NCBI RefSeq assembly: GCF_036588685.1
Contig: NC_086374.1
Coordinates: 71,176,001-71,240,000, forward strand
Direction: 5' to 3'
Origin: Mytilus trossulus
Lineage: Eukaryota
Length of the DNA: 64,000 bases
The notes below the pieces were generated by a model. The model was given only the letters and a program-made list of their open reading frames with translations. It was not told the DNA's origin and did no database searches. The position numbers and the translations under genes are program-made. Of this stretch, positions 63,651-64,000 are shown one piece after another (the first letter of the stretch is position 1; every line of letters starts with the position of its first letter).

Positions 63651-64000
63651 TACAGCTCTCTGCCTCTGATCTGGTTTTATACAAATTATTTTCAATAAGT
63701 AACAGTAAATGTTTATTTCATTTTGTTTCCTTGCATCCCGCTTTTATTCCGTTTCGCAGTTTACAGGTCCACCTCTTTTAGCTCCTTTTCTATTTTTAAT
63801 ATTTTCATCAAAAATCTAAAAAAAATAATCAAACTTTTAAAAAGCGAAATAATGAAAGCTGCACGTTAAGTTTTAGTACTTTAAAAGTTTTATTAAACAT
63901 CCAAACTATCAATTTTACAAAAGATATTTACAATTTTAAATTTTTAATTATTTGGTGGAAAATTTGAAAATTTGAAAAATATTGCAATTATGATATTTGA

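Larger units (their letters stand above)
40500..64000 (+). repeat. Segmental duplication, second copy, running off the window end
   Basis: The last bases (aattatgatatttga) match 29283-29297. The copies differ by several TE insertions and deletions. Confidence 0.92.

Overview
AT-rich eukaryotic genomic DNA; the repeat content looks like a bivalve mollusc, probably Mytilus (inference). The core is a head-to-tail array of five minus-strand RING-less TRIM-like genes (B-box1, B-box2, coiled coil, six-bladed NHL-type beta-propeller), each with a single coding exon: A 197-1889 (two frameshifts), B 7137-8822 (intact, 561 aa), C 30935-32641 (intact, 568 aa), A' 39432-41129 (one nonsense codon) and B' 47374-49058 (1-bp frameshift). 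Each ATG lies just downstream of a splice acceptor, and a conserved non-coding block 1.9-2.8 kb upstream carries a candidate splice donor. Positions ~1.4-29.3 kb recur at ~40.5-64 kb. Paralog divergence is concentrated in the loops expected on one face of the propeller, which suggests a diversifying ligand-recognition (possibly innate immune) family under birth-and-death evolution. A relic unit (~21.4-24.1 kb, repeated at ~55-57.8 kb) keeps the upstream scaffold but lacks the coding exon. Intergenic DNA is a mosaic of mobile elements: four 5'-truncated LINEs, Penelope-like RT fragments, degenerate type I hammerhead ribozyme (retrozyme-like) motifs, a foldback-like structure of inverted 21-bp arrays with two nested MITEs, a TGT...ACA MITE with a 4-bp TSD, and Helitron/Helentron relics. 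No tRNA, rRNA or CRISPR array was seen. All identities are by-eye estimates.
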